From assembly GCA_023213395.1 (NCBI GenBank), contig CM041465.1:251169741-251233740 (forward strand): a stretch of 64,000 nucleotides of DNA, read 5' to 3'. The DNA is from Cycas panzhihuaensis. Taxonomy: Eukaryota > Plantae > Cycadophyta. A program made the position numbers and the translations under genes. Positions 1-13,100 of this stretch are shown here, one piece after another; position 1 is the stretch's first letter, and every line of letters starts with the position of its first letter. Below the pieces are notes generated by a model. The model searched no databases. It was not told the DNA's origin and saw only the letters and a list, made by a program, of their open reading frames with translations.

Positions 1-1620
1 AAGGTATCTCACCCTTGGTGAGTATGTGAACAGGTACAAGATGGTGGAAAGTAGCGTACGTGATGTGTTCCTTTTAGGAAGAGTGAAAAGATTATCAAAT
101 TGCATCAAACGTACATTTAACTGAAAATAGAATGCTTGCTTGGAGTGCTTTTGGAGTGCTTGCTTGGAGAGCTTGCTTGAAGTGTCAACAAACATACATC
201 TAACTGAAAATAGAATGTATGCTTGGAGTGCTTGCTTGGAGAGCTTACTTTGAGTGATTTTAGAGTGCTAAAATGTAATGCTAATAAGTGAGTGAGGACA
301 CCAGATATTGCACTGATCCAGGTGTTTTTTTCTCACTTTTATAATGGGCTTTTAAGCTTTATAAAAAGAAGGAAGAAATTTTCTTTACTTTTTTTTTTTT
401 TTGTTAATACAAAAAAAAGTAGTCTTCACTAAATCTGCAATAGCTTTCTCCCATGATATCAAAATAGAGTTCTAGTTTTTGTGCTGCAAACTAGACTCAG
501 AGCTTTAGGAAGTGGAATAAGGTCCAAATGAGTTTTGGAAAGATTTTGGAAACCCCACAAAGTTAGGAAATTATATTTTTCTAGAATTCTTACTAAAATA
601 ACTACTGTTCACTAAAACATCAATAACTTCCTCATACGACATCCAAATTAGTTGTCAATTTTTGTGTTGGAAAGTAGACGCAGAGCCTCATCTTTGACAA
701 TTAGAATCACTTCAATTGGAGCTCTGTAGAAGATTTTGCAGACCTGTGAAGTTCAAAAATCAAATTATATTTCTATAGAAATTTTAGCTTCCTAATATCT
801 CATTAACACATGATACCATATGAAATTTCCATCATTTTTTTATCACCAGGATCCCAATATGGGAAAGATGAGAGCATACAATGATAGATATTTTAAATGG
901 CTTGAAATTCTTAAAAAAAAAAAGGTAAAAGCCCCCCTTACAATCATTCTTCTAAATGTTGGAAAATTTTCAGCAACATTTCCCCTTGTTAAATGGACAA
1001 AAAAGGGAAAAGAAAAAGAAGAATGAGATAGCATGAATGACCAGCAAAGGATTAGAATCCTTGGGCCTTACAACTCCTTGTATTATGCTTCCAAACCTGT
1101 AAAAGAGAAAGGAAAAGCAAATAATACAAAATATGTTATAATAATAACTTGAAAATATTTCTAAATTCACTTTCATAATCTCCTTCACCATATGGATTGT
1201 GGGGAGAAGGAAGTGATGGCTCCATTGCAAGTATAAGTGAGGAATATGAAGGAAGAAAGATTTGATACCACATGAAAATAGTGGATCTATCCTTCATCTC
1301 CATGCACTAAACACAAAGGCAAACATGGGAGCAAGAGAGACTTGAGAGAAAGAAAGTAGCTCTCACAAAATGGGGAGGTAAGAATGAATCTTCTCTATTG
1401 AGCTTTTACTTTTATATTGAGAGAGGGAGCATTAGAATTAGGTGAAATGAAATTACACATAATATACATAAAAGTGTATTTCACTTAAGTGATCTAATTT
1501 AAAGTTCACTTAAGACCCTTTTTCAAAATAATCATCTAATGTAATGACCTTGTGTTATTAACCCTTTTCAAAAAACACATATGATTATATCTAAATCTTG
1601 AGTAAAGGATATTTTAACCA
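1..1620 (-). mobile_element. 5' end of a minus-strand LTR element (internal region, PBS, partial 5' LTR); right boundary uncertain
   Basis: TTTGATACCA at 1261-1270 (reverse complement TGGTATCAAA, tRNA-Met PBS) is followed 2 bp later by TG at 1273. No partner LTR in the window. Confidence 0.5.
107..256. repeat. Diverged ~83-bp tandem duplication built on GCTTGGAGT/GA subunits
   Basis: AAAC(G/A)TACAT(T/C)TAACTGAAAATAGAATG...GCTTGGAGTGCTTGCTTGGAGAGCTT occurs at ~107 and again at ~190. Confidence 0.8.
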
Positions 1621-3243
1621 TTATAAATGGCAATTATTGATAATTCAGGGTATATAATGAATGATAGTGGATATTATTGGCATTGATGTCTTTTAAAAAT
1701 ATTTTCAAACATAATTAACATGATGTTAATATGTATCTATGGATATTATACCCTAGTAATACATATCAATGCATATAAATTTCTAGTGATAGTTATTGGT
1801 ATTACATAAATAATGATTATTTATAGTAAATATTCTTAACATGGAATAACTATTAATCATAAGAAGGTTTAGGGTTGTTTTACGTTTTTGTAGTGTGGAA
1901 CCATTTTTTTTTCAATTCTTGAGGCGAGGCTCTTAAGGAAATCATTCATTGCCTTAGGAAATTATTCATTTCCTTTCATGCCTATCCTTTTTATGCTTGT
2001 TGACTCTGCCATGAGGTACATTCTTGTCTTTTCTCTTGGCCTTGTCAATACCACTATAACTGTCATTTTTTATGGAATTTATCACCCCATATTTTGTTGA
2101 CTATAATTTTTTACATAGATCTTTTTTAGGGATATGGAGGCTTTATCACCTCCTTATTCTCCTCTATGTTTTTATGTTCCTCTTTCCTCCTTATAAGGGG
2201 CCAATGAAGGCTTGATTATTTAATTGATTATGGACAACAATCAAGGTATCAACCATGGACAACATAAGCCATCAATCAGGTATAAGTTAAGACATCAATA
2301 ATGATTGAATTACTACTTCAATAGTAATGTAATGTATGATTTCTCTTTCTAGTTATCCATCCCATGTAAGGTGTGTACTTAATTACACAACACCAAGTGT
2401 GGGGATGTACCACTCTATTTTCTTAGGTAGTAGGTAATAAGTGTTAAGATATAATCCACCTAAAGTTAAAATTATATATCATATAATGTAAAATTATCCT
2501 TTTGTTATTGCTTACATAACATAAAGGTAACTAGGTTACTTTAGATATAGCATAGATAGGGGAGCACATGATATGAACAAAGGAGGAATAAAGGGAACAC
2601 TATAAATGTAAAGGTAGTGTTATAATTGCTAATTTTATGACTTCATTAGAATATAAGGGATTTTTCACAGTTTAGTAAATGAACAATTATGAGGTGAATA
2701 CAAAAGAACACCCTCATGTCTTCGAAAATGAATAGTTAGGCTTAAATGCATGCATAGAAGAGCACAAAAACATAGTTATAAGGTATTTAAAATCTAGATC
2801 TTTATGGCCTCTAAAGAAAAGATTATAACACACTCAATAAAAGTCTGATTTGAGGAATTAAATCTGTAGAAAAAGAAGAAGAAATGGAGAGAAAGCAAAC
2901 AAACAATCATAAATAAAAATAATTGTTTCTTTTTAGTAGACACCACTTGTGCTAGATATGATTTAGGAGGAAAGACAAAGGAGAATAAAAGGGAGGATGG
3001 TCATGATCTTGAGAAAAGTTATAACTAAGTAGAGTGTGACAATAATTAAGGGGAGAGCAACTCCAAGTTAAAAATAAACTTGATCTTAAGGAATGACAGT
3101 TCAAGAAGGGTAAAATCTCGATCTTGTACAAGATAGAATCAAGGATTTTTGCATGTTGATAGAGATAGAACAACATTAGGTGAGTTGCACAAAATGTTAA
3201 TGTGTTGTACAGGAAATATTTCTTAAGTATATATGCTCTTTAT

Positions 3244-3651
3244 TATTGGCATTAATGGTCATCACCCCACTCCCACCTTCCAACCAAGAGTGCACACCTT
3301 ACTCTCATCAATTTACACATGTGGGTGCTCACATGTGTAGGTAAGTATAAGGTAAGGTTGATTTGATCTAAGTTAATTTGAGTTAAGTTCATTTAAGTCA
3401 AGTTAAATTATTATTTTATTGTTATTTAAATTTTAAGGGTTGAGGAGTTTCCCTCCTCCCCCAAACTATATATTTTGAGGGGTGTGCAACCCTAGTGTCT
3501 TTAGACAATGCCTACAATTTAGACATTTGTAATGCTCTCTCTACAAAAATGGATTGAATACAATGGATCTTGTGTTTATACAACAATGATGTATTAATCT
3601 ATGATTATTTGTTTATGTTCTACCCTATTCTCCATCTTTTATTTTACTACA
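3244..3651 (+). repeat. 5' LTR of element A
   Basis: Aligns end to end with 15618-16026, ends in CA and is followed by the PBS. Confidence 0.93.
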
Positions 3652-3849
3652 TTTGGTATCAGATCCAGGTTTTAACTCATTCATCTAGTATCAGAGCCAA
3701 GGTTGCCAAAGGTTACACCTCCATGTGAAGTTTTTTTTAAGAAGAAGGAAGATTTATTGGTATTTGAAGCAGATTTACTCACAAGCTAGCAAATATTGGT
3801 TATATTCATTTTCTGCAAAGTTTATTAGTAAGTTTCTTGTATTTTTTAT

Positions 3850-4355
3850 CAGAGATCTGATTATTCTTGAGTTATACTTGTGATATAACAAATATATTTC
3901 AGATTTATTTTTAGATCTGTATAGGTGCATAATTGTAAACAACAAATATCAAGTTCTTTTATCACTCTACAGAGTTTTTATCAACAAGTTTTATATATTT
4001 TCTATCATATATTTGACTATTTTCAAGCATATTTCATCTATTTATCCAATATTTTTTTTAGATCTATGCAGGAGCACAGCTGCAAATAATATTTATTCAA
4101 GTTTTCTTTAGATCTTCTATATATTCTTTAGATCTGCTTATTTAATCAATTATTTCACCATTTTTTGGTTTATTTATTCCAGATCTGTAATATTTTCTTC
4201 AAGATCTGTAATATTGGCTATAGATCTGTAATGTTTATTTTAGATTTGTAATATTTATTCAAGTTTTCTTCATATCTGCTATATATTCTTTAGATCTGTA
4301 TATTTTATCATATATTTGACCATTTTTTCAAGTTCATTTTTCAGATCTGCAAGTT
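3850..4355. repeat. Degenerate AGATCTG-core tandem array in the leader of element A
   Basis: About a dozen AGATCT(G)-like cores. Longer duplicated unit ATTTATTCAAGTTTTCTT...TATATATTCTTTAGATCTG at ~4091 and ~4253. Confidence 0.8.
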
Positions 4356-4735
4356 TTTTATGCATATTCAGTGCAACAAGCTATATACTACAACATATCT
4401 GCCTACTGGAGAAACCTGCTTGAAGTTTTGACTTGTGTTGAAGAAGATGTCGTCTTTGGAAGTCAATCTACTATAAATCCATCATAGCTACATTACTAGG
4501 TTCTTCGTATTTTCTCATATTTAAGCATTTATATATTTCTTGGTTTTCTGATATATTTGTTCCAACATATTTGAAAGATTACATATATAAATATATATAT
4601 ATATATTTCTCTCTGTTATATTAAAAAAATATATATATTCTTGGTTTCATTGTGGCTCTGTTGTATGGTTATATTCTTCTATTAAATATTTTTTTACTGT
4701 TATTATTTGAAGATTTTTTTTGTAAAAAAAGAGTC

Positions 4736-4978
4736 TTATTCCAATTCACCAATACTTAGATTTTCTAGTGTGGAGTCTGCAACTATATCATTTGCTACAG
4801 TTGCTTCAATAGGTTCATTATTCAACATATCTTCTTCTCCTATATAACCATCATCAACATGATCTGTTAACCAATAAAAGTCATCATTGTCCCTACTATA
4901 ACCATCCATTATTTTCCTACATTGCTTTTGATATTCTGTTTGCAAATCTTTAACATTTGGTAACAATCCTCTGATGTC
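4736..4978 (-). other. Unidentified terminal-exon-like open segment (80 codons, acidic C-terminus) inside element A
   Basis: Stop-free DIRGLLPNVKDLQTEYQKQCRK...GELE*. Preceded on the minus strand by a T-rich tract and TTGCAG (AG at 4980-4979). No family recognised. Confidence 0.45.
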
Positions 4979-5544
4979 CTGCAACTTGAATGAAATAAAA
5001 GATGCAGTCTTCAAAATAAATGGTTTTAGTCTACAATATACATGCTCAAGAATCTACAGCCAAAATAAAGCTTCACATTCCTTGTTTCAAGGTCGAAACA
5101 TCTTCTCTTATGTTAATATTGTGCATTACAATGAAAGCAATGATTGAACACCAAAAGTAACAATATTTATATACTAGTGATTCAAATTAAAATGCTTTAA
5201 GAGTGGAAAATATAGCTCTCTAAATGCATACTCAATTAAGAAACACATATATTTATTTCTCATTTCTTAGCCAACGAAAAGCCCTGCAACTTCTTTAGAG
5301 AAGACTACATTCTTAATGGAAATGCAAACCCTAAACATTTGTTCGCACAGACTGTTATAGTTAACCCAAACAGGGTCAAATCAATAACCTAAACATATAT
5401 ATTTTTGCAAGGAAGGGTGGAATTTTGGAGCTCTTAAACGCACCCCAAAGCCATTATAAGAAACCTGCATTTAAGCTTTCCAATAGTCAATATTACCACG
5501 CTTTGCACTGAAGAACCAGATGAAGAATAACTCCTACTTCCATT

Positions 5545-6057
5545 TGGTGGGATGAACATAACAATCTTGAACTCAACATCACCTTATGAACTGAAGTGGC
5601 TCCATGCTAAAGGCTTTTCCTCACTAAAATCCTTTGCAATAGAATGGTTGAATTTGATATACTCTTCATCGGAGACCTCCTTAGGATTCTGAAGCCAAAC
5701 AACCTTGACATCATTCAGAAGCTCCCACTCATATATCGTTTCCTTAATCTTTTTTGCCTTTGACTTGCCTTCAATTTCTTCGTCATCTGATTCATCTTCC
5801 TTAGAGGTGCTTTCAATTTTCTCCTCTTCATCACTAAAGTCTTCTTCATCTGCAGGAACCTCTACATCCACTTCTTTGCTTGCCTAGAGATAAATAGGAA
5901 AACTGATGAATTCTGAATATTTCTTCACTAGCTCTTTCAATTTATCCTCTTGCAAATATTCATTGGCTTCATCTTTTAGGTGCAATCTTATCTCTGTACC
6001 ACAATCAAGGGGCTCATTCTCTGTATCTTCAGCCACTGCAAAAGCTCCATCAGCTCT
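5545..6057 (-). pseudogene. HSP90: Captured fragment of ER HSP90 (GRP94/endoplasmin, SHEPHERD/HSP90.7-like): end of ATPase domain, charged linker, start of middle domain
   Basis: One continuous frame: ADGAFAVAEDTENEPLDCGTEIRLHLKDEANEYL...KKYSEFISFPIYL*ASKEVDVEVPADEE...YEWELLNDVKVVWLQNPKEV...DFSEEKPLAWSHFSS*GDVEFKIVMFIPP. Two in-frame stops (5884-5886, 5584-5586). No introns. Confidence 0.93.
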
Positions 6058-7134
6058 TTGTAGCCATTCTTTGGGTGACACGGGTGTAGTGACATACAGG
6101 AGGCACAGCGGTAACGCAGCAACAATTTGGTGACAACAGCCGTGAGATGTGACATATTTTTTTAAAATTTTTTGAAAGTTTTTTTTTTTTTTTTTTACTT
6201 TATAAAGTTTTAAAAAATTATTTTTATTGTATAATATTTCAAATATGGGTTTAAAGGGTAGTAGCCCCTTTGGTGTTTAGCCCCTGGTCCCGTGCCACTT
6301 TATGTGACCATTAGTCATTTTTGTTAAAGGGGCTAACTTAAAAGTTATAACTTTTTTCTTTTTATTTTTTTAATTTTTTATTTCACATAGGGTACTTAGC
6401 AAAGTTTTTGCCATAACGTTTGACTGGGTCATCAATTTCTAACAAAACCTATCCCATTGCATCCATAATTTTTTGAGGTATGATTTTGATTTGGAGCTGA
6501 TTTGACCCATTTTTAGTCAGTTTAAAGTCGGTTATTCATTTTTAAAGCCATTTTAAACTATTTTTATAAAATCTATTTTTCATTAGATTATATTTTATTA
6601 CTGGGTGATTATTTTCTACCCGGATCTATTATGCAGTAATCTACTATCAACAAACTTCATCACCATCTATTTATTTTATTTTTTAATATTTGTTTTAATC
6701 ATTATTTTAATCGACCAAAGTGTCACTTTAGTGTTTTTTAACACTTTTTAAACATTTTACTTTAAAAGTACTTGTTGCTATTTTCATTATAATTTTTCTA
6801 TTTTATATCAGAATTTAGATCCGTTAGTTTCGTTGGGAAGATGACTCGCTCCTCATCGAACTGACACTATTATTTATAAGTTTTTAAGTGTTTTTTCTAA
6901 TTTTCAAATCCATCAAAGTTGAGATATATAATAGCCTCCAATTTGTCATTATTATATATTTACATATATTATTTCTTTTTTTTTTTTAGCTAAAAATATA
7001 TTAAGCAGCTCTCTAAACTATATTTGACCATGTTACATTATTCTACAAGTTTTTATTAGCATTTTTATAATATTTTGAGCCACAAGCTCCTGTTAGGCCT
7101 CAAAAAGAGGACTGCACCTTTAGTTCATTAAAAT

Positions 7135-10100
7135 TGTAGAAAAAATAGGCATATGAATAATGTCATGACATGATCACACAGTAAAGCAATTATAGGCAAC
7201 TAATGACACTGCACATATACACCAGATTGACAGGTGGAAAAACCCCTTCTGGGGAAGAAAAAACCACCTCCTAAGTTATCTAATTTTATTAATGAAAATA
7301 TGGAACAGAAAACCATGTAAGGAAACTACCTGTAAAACAAACTAGCCTTAATGCATTAGGACAACCCTCCTAGATTCCTGGTAGACATGTTTTAGGAATT
7401 TAGGAGGTTAAGTACTAAGGAGGTTTGTTGAAATACGGTTTCGCAAATTCAACGACCTTCCACAAATTTAATTAAATAAACCTAAGATAAAAATATTACA
7501 ATGACTTAAATTTTATATTAGACATGTGACATAAATAATTACATAAGTTTACATTATATAATCTAACATCCCCCTTTAATATAAACTTTTGTACTATAGA
7601 AAAAAGAAGATCTTCATCATGATGATCTCTCTTTAATGGAGACTTCTTTAATCTCTAATAAATCTATGAGATGTAAATACTTCACTTTTGTTAGAGACTT
7701 TGTAAGTATATCAGTAATCTGTAAATTTGTTAGACAATAAGACAAATAAATAATATTATTAGTAACCAGATTACGTATAAAATGTTGATGTAACTCTATA
7801 TGTTTAGTTCTAGAATGTAAAACAGGATTAGAAGTAATAGTAATTGCACCTTGATTATCAACTTTAATTTTAATTGAAGAGTTTAGAGTCAGACCAATTT
7901 CATTGAGTAGAGATTTTAGCCAAAGCGCTTCTTTACCAGCTTCGACTAATGCTCAATATTCAGCTTCAATTGTTGATAATGCCAGTGCCTGCATTTTTTT
8001 ACTTGACCAGGTAATAGGTGAGGAATCAATAAAAAGTACATAACCAGAAGTAGATTTACAATCATTTGAATCACCTGCCTAATCGGAATCATTATATCTA
8101 GTTAATATTAATGGTATAGTACAAAAGTTATAAGTTAAACCATGAAATATGGTATTCTTTAGATAACATAAGATTCTTTTGGCTGCTTTCCAGTGAGATT
8201 CATGTGGTTGTTGCATGTATCTAGAGCATAAAGCAACAGCATAAAAAATGTCAGGACGGGTGTGTGTAAGATAAATTAGACTACCAATAAGTTGTCTACA
8301 AAGAGTTAGATTAACTAATGGAGTTAAACAATCAGTAGTTAGTTTAACTCCTCATTGCAAAGGATTGGTTACAGGTTTAGCATTTTCCATGTTAAATCTA
8401 TGAAGTAAATCGAGAATATACGTAGGTTGGGATAGTGATATATTTGATTGATTTTGATAAATTTGTAAACCTAGAAAATAATGTAATAGTCCTAAATCTG
8501 TCATTTTAAATTTGTTCATTAAGGTTGATTTGAGATGATGAATATTATGGGTTGATGATCCAGTAATAATAATGTCATCAACATAAATAAATAGAATGGT
8601 AAGATTTTTATCTTCACGTTTAAAATAGAGATTTGGATCACTAATACATCTAGTGTATCCAATGTGAATTAAGTAATCATCAACTTTGGTATACCAAGCT
8701 CGAGGAGCTTGTTTTAAACCATAAATAGATTTTTTAAATTTACAAACTAAATTAGGATTTTCAATGAATCCAGATGGCTATAACATGTAGATCTCTTCTT
8801 TGAGATCACCATTCAAGAAGGCACTTTTAACATCCATTTGGTGGATTTCCCAACTAAATTTGGCTACAAGAGCAATGATGGTCTTAATTGTGTTCATCTT
8901 TGCAACAGGAGCAAAGGTTTCATTATAGTCAATGCCATCTATTTGGGAAAATCCTTTGGCAACAAGATGAGCTTTATATTTTTCCACTACGCCTGTTGAA
9001 TTATATTTAGTTCTATAAACCCATTTACAGTCAATTACATTTTTTTTGGATGGAAGTGGAATAAGATCCCAGGTAGAATTTTTTATTAAGGCAGCAAATT
9101 CGGTCTGCATAGCATCTTACCAAATAGGATTGTTGTTGGCTTGTTTAAAAGTTTTGGGATCATTATTTTCCATTATTTTTACTATTAAAGCAAAATTTGC
9201 ATGAAGTTTTTGCGCACGTGTGTGCCTAGTATCAGTAGGATTGCCTACATTAGATCCAAAGATCGATGGCATTTTGGTTGCCCAAGTTGGTTGCTTATGA
9301 GTAACTAAATTTGAGGTTATAGGTTGATTCAATGTGCTAGGTTGAAGAGAAGAATCTGTATTAGTTGGTTCTGATAAAGTCCAATTTTAGACTTGAGTTG
9401 ATAAAGAATCTATGATGTCTGAATCAACTTATTTTTCAGAATCATTAACCAAATGAGTGTTGGTTAATAAGTCTTCAACAGGGAGTTCTACATAAGTAGA
9501 TGTTGAAGTAGATCCTTCTTCATCAAATACTACATCACACAAAATAGAAATATTATGCGTGACTAGATCTAAAAGTCTATATGCTTTACTTTCTTCGTTG
9601 TAGCCAATGAAGATGTATTTTTAACTTTTTTTATCTAACTTTTTACGTTTTTCATGAGGAATATGTCCCCATGCGATACTATCAAAGATTCGTAAGTGTT
9701 GAACAGATGGTTTCCTTCCAGACCATTTTTGTTCTGGAGTGACATTTTATGGACTTTTACTGGGTAAACGGTTTAATAAGTAATAAGAGCAATTAATTAC
9801 TTCTGCCCATAATTTTAGATCGAGATTCTTTGCATGTAACATGCAATGAGTCATTTCAATAAGAGTACAGTTTTTACGTTTTGCAACACCATTTTCTTGA
9901 GGTGTATATGTAACTGAATGTTAGAGTTTAATTCCATTTGATTTACAGAGGGAGATGAAATTTTTACTTAAATATTCCTTAGCATTATCAGATCAGAATA
10001 TTTTGATTTTCCACTAATTGAATTGGATTGATTTTCCACTAATGTTTTATATTCAACGAAAATGTCAAACACTTGACTGTGTGTTTTGAGCATATAAACC

Positions 10101-13100
10101 CAATATTTTCTTAAATAATCATCAATGAATGTAATAAAATAATGAGATCCTGAATATGATGGAATATGAAAAGGTCCACATATATCAGAGTGGATAAGTT
10201 CTAGTGGAGAAGTTGCTCGGAATTGAGTTTTGTGTGGAAATGGATCCATGTGTTGTTTGGCTATCACACAGGCTTCACAAACACCATAAACAATGTTTAA
10301 TGGTGGTAAACCATGGACTATTTCATGCTTGATTAAATATTACAATTTGCCATAACTAGTATGGCCAAATCTTGCATGCCAAAGTTTGTTGACAGAGTCA
10401 AATTTAGCAACGAAGGTACTAAATGAGTTTGATTTATTATTTTGAAAACTAGTCATGCTATAGAGACTTGTATTATGATCAACAAGTCCTGAAGCAATTC
10501 GTATGAATTTGTGTAATGGATCTTTAATAACAAATTTATTTTTCCAGAATTCGACAACAAGGTCTTTTTGGCAAATTTGATATACTGAGAGAAGGTTTGG
10601 TAACAAACCAGGTACGTAAAAAGCATCCTTGATTGAACCATCATTCAGGATAACGTCACCAAATCCTTTAACTTTGAGTTGATTACCACTACCGAACGAA
10701 ATTTCTTCTTTAGAGTTTATTTTGGATTAATAGGTGGATAAGTTTTTCTGGTGTCCAGTTATATGATGGGATGCACCAGAGTCAATGATCCATTGCGGTG
10801 GTTAATTGGAAGGAGCAACAAATACAGAAGTTGTTGCTGCCAAAGAATGGTTATGAAATTGACGATTTTGTAATCATGATTGAGAGTTTGATTGGAAATG
10901 AGATTGAGGATGGGATTGCTATTTATTTTGCAGTCCCTTGGAAGCTTTCCATGCTTCCGAGGCTATTCTACTTCTACAAATATCAATAGTATGGCCTCTT
11001 TTATGACAGTAGGCACAACTAGAGTTCTGAGAAGAAGATGCATTGATTCTGTTAGAAATATATTGATTGGAAGTATTCTGGTTTTTAGTTGGACCAGAAT
11101 ATTTAACATTATTGTGAGTATTAGATGGTGAACCTTGATGAGGTTTATGGTATTTTTTATTGTTATTATAAAAGTTGTTATTCTGTTGTTTGTGTTTAAA
11201 TTGTGGCTTAGTTTTAGAAAACAAAGCCTATGATTGATCTTTTATTGCACCAGTTCTGATTAACATTGTTTGATATTCAATCAACTGATTTGTCAGTTGA
11301 TTGAATGTGATGGGTGGATTGCCAGCTTGTTGTCTGGAAGCTTGGCAAAGATTGAAGTGTTTCAGTAATTTATTAACTGCAAGACGTACGAGAGTATCGT
11401 CGTCTTTAACATGCGTAGTTATTTTTTCTATATCACCTTCTTTAGTTTTTTATTTAATACAATTGTCTAAATCTTTATTGATTGATTGAATTTTTGTTAA
11501 GAAATCCTTAACATTTATAAAGTCATCAAAGGTAAAATTATATAATTGCTCTTCTAGGATTGCTACTTGATGTGTATCAACCTTGTCGTATTTTTCTTCC
11601 CAGATTTTCCAAACAGTGGCTAAGTCATATTTTTCAGAAAACTGCCAACTGATTTTTGGTGAAAGAGAATTTAATATGGTGCCTAATGCGGCATCTGAGT
11701 TCATCAGATATACCATAAGATTCTCAGTAGCATCAGCTTTTGGTTTTTAAAATTCACTTGTTACATATCGCCATACTTTTTGCTGTTTAAGCTTATGGGA
11801 TATGCGATTCCTTCAGTCGGCATAGTTTGAGCCGGTTAACACTAGAATTGGAACACAGGTGACTGCCCCTGGCATTAATGCCATATTGAGGTTTGATTGT
11901 AGATTGAAAAATATGAAGGTGATTGAAAAAATAATCACCTACTAAAAGTACTAATCATTAGACTAATATTTTAATAGGTATAATTCAAGAAAGCATTCTA
12001 GTATGCATTACTTGTACTTAAAGAAAAAATCATGTGTTTGTAAATAGATTAAATAAATAAATGACTTCTTAAAAAAAAATCCCCTTAAGCAGTCCCTTTT
12101 TGAAAAAAATTCCCCCTTAATTTAAGAAATAAATAGTTCCCCTTAGGTGTTTAAGATGTAAGAAAGTTTGTAAAATATAAAATTTAATTATTTTTATAAT
12201 TAAAAAAAGTTGATTTGTAAGAAGAAGAAAAATTAGGTAAGAAATAAAAAGAAATAATTCTAGTATAATTGTCTATGATTATATCAAAAGTAAGATTAAG
12301 TTGATTTGAAAAAAGAGCACCCTCAACTATTAACTAAATGAAATATCTAAACTTAGGTGAAAAATTATCTTGTATCAAGGTGAAAACATTTTACACATTA
12401 TTTAACAGACAAGCATAACGGTAACAAGACACTAATTAATTAATTTAAAAGCTTAGAATCTAACCCTAAAAATTTGATGTGTGGGTAGGGTAATACCATT
12501 CTAAATTATTAGAAAGATCTTATGAGTAATCTGTAACCAAATTAAAAGTTAGGATGTATTGAAATAGTGAGATCACATACATAGAATGAGGAGAAATTTA
12601 TGTAATCCATAGGATCACATACTTAAGTAAGATAGAAACTAAGTAAAATTAAAAAGGGCTTTTATAATAATCAATATAAAAGGAGGGGTTAGAAAAGGAG
12701 TATGTAATCATTAACTTAAAGAAGGGAAGAGTATAGATTAATATATACTAATATGATTAAGGAAGAGTTAAGTTATAAAATAGGGTTATTACATCTAGTT
12801 GCAAAAGGTTGATTAAACAAAAAGTTTTAAGTTATAATTTAATGTAATTATAGAGAGTTTTAGGTTGATTTATACTAAAGATTTATTAAAAGAAGGTAGT
12901 TTAATTAAAAGGGGCTTATAATTAATTTGTGAATGTGATTAAGGGGGGGGTATATATATTTATAAAATCAAAATAATGTAAAAGGTGGGGGGGGTTATTA
13001 TTTATAAAATCAAAATAAAGAAAATTAAAAAAGGAAAGGTCGACAGATGGACTCAACGGGAGTTTTAATTTTAATAAAGAAAATTAAAAACTAACAAAGA

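Noticed and set aside
5545-6081. Functional HSP90 gene
   Set aside because: Only an internal fragment with two stops, no flanking exons, inside an LTR element.
6070-6155. GC-rich GTGACA-repeat block resembling a DNA-transposon subterminal region next to the HSP90 fragment
   Set aside because: No paired terminal inverted repeat or TSD found, so a Pack-type DNA element cannot be supported.
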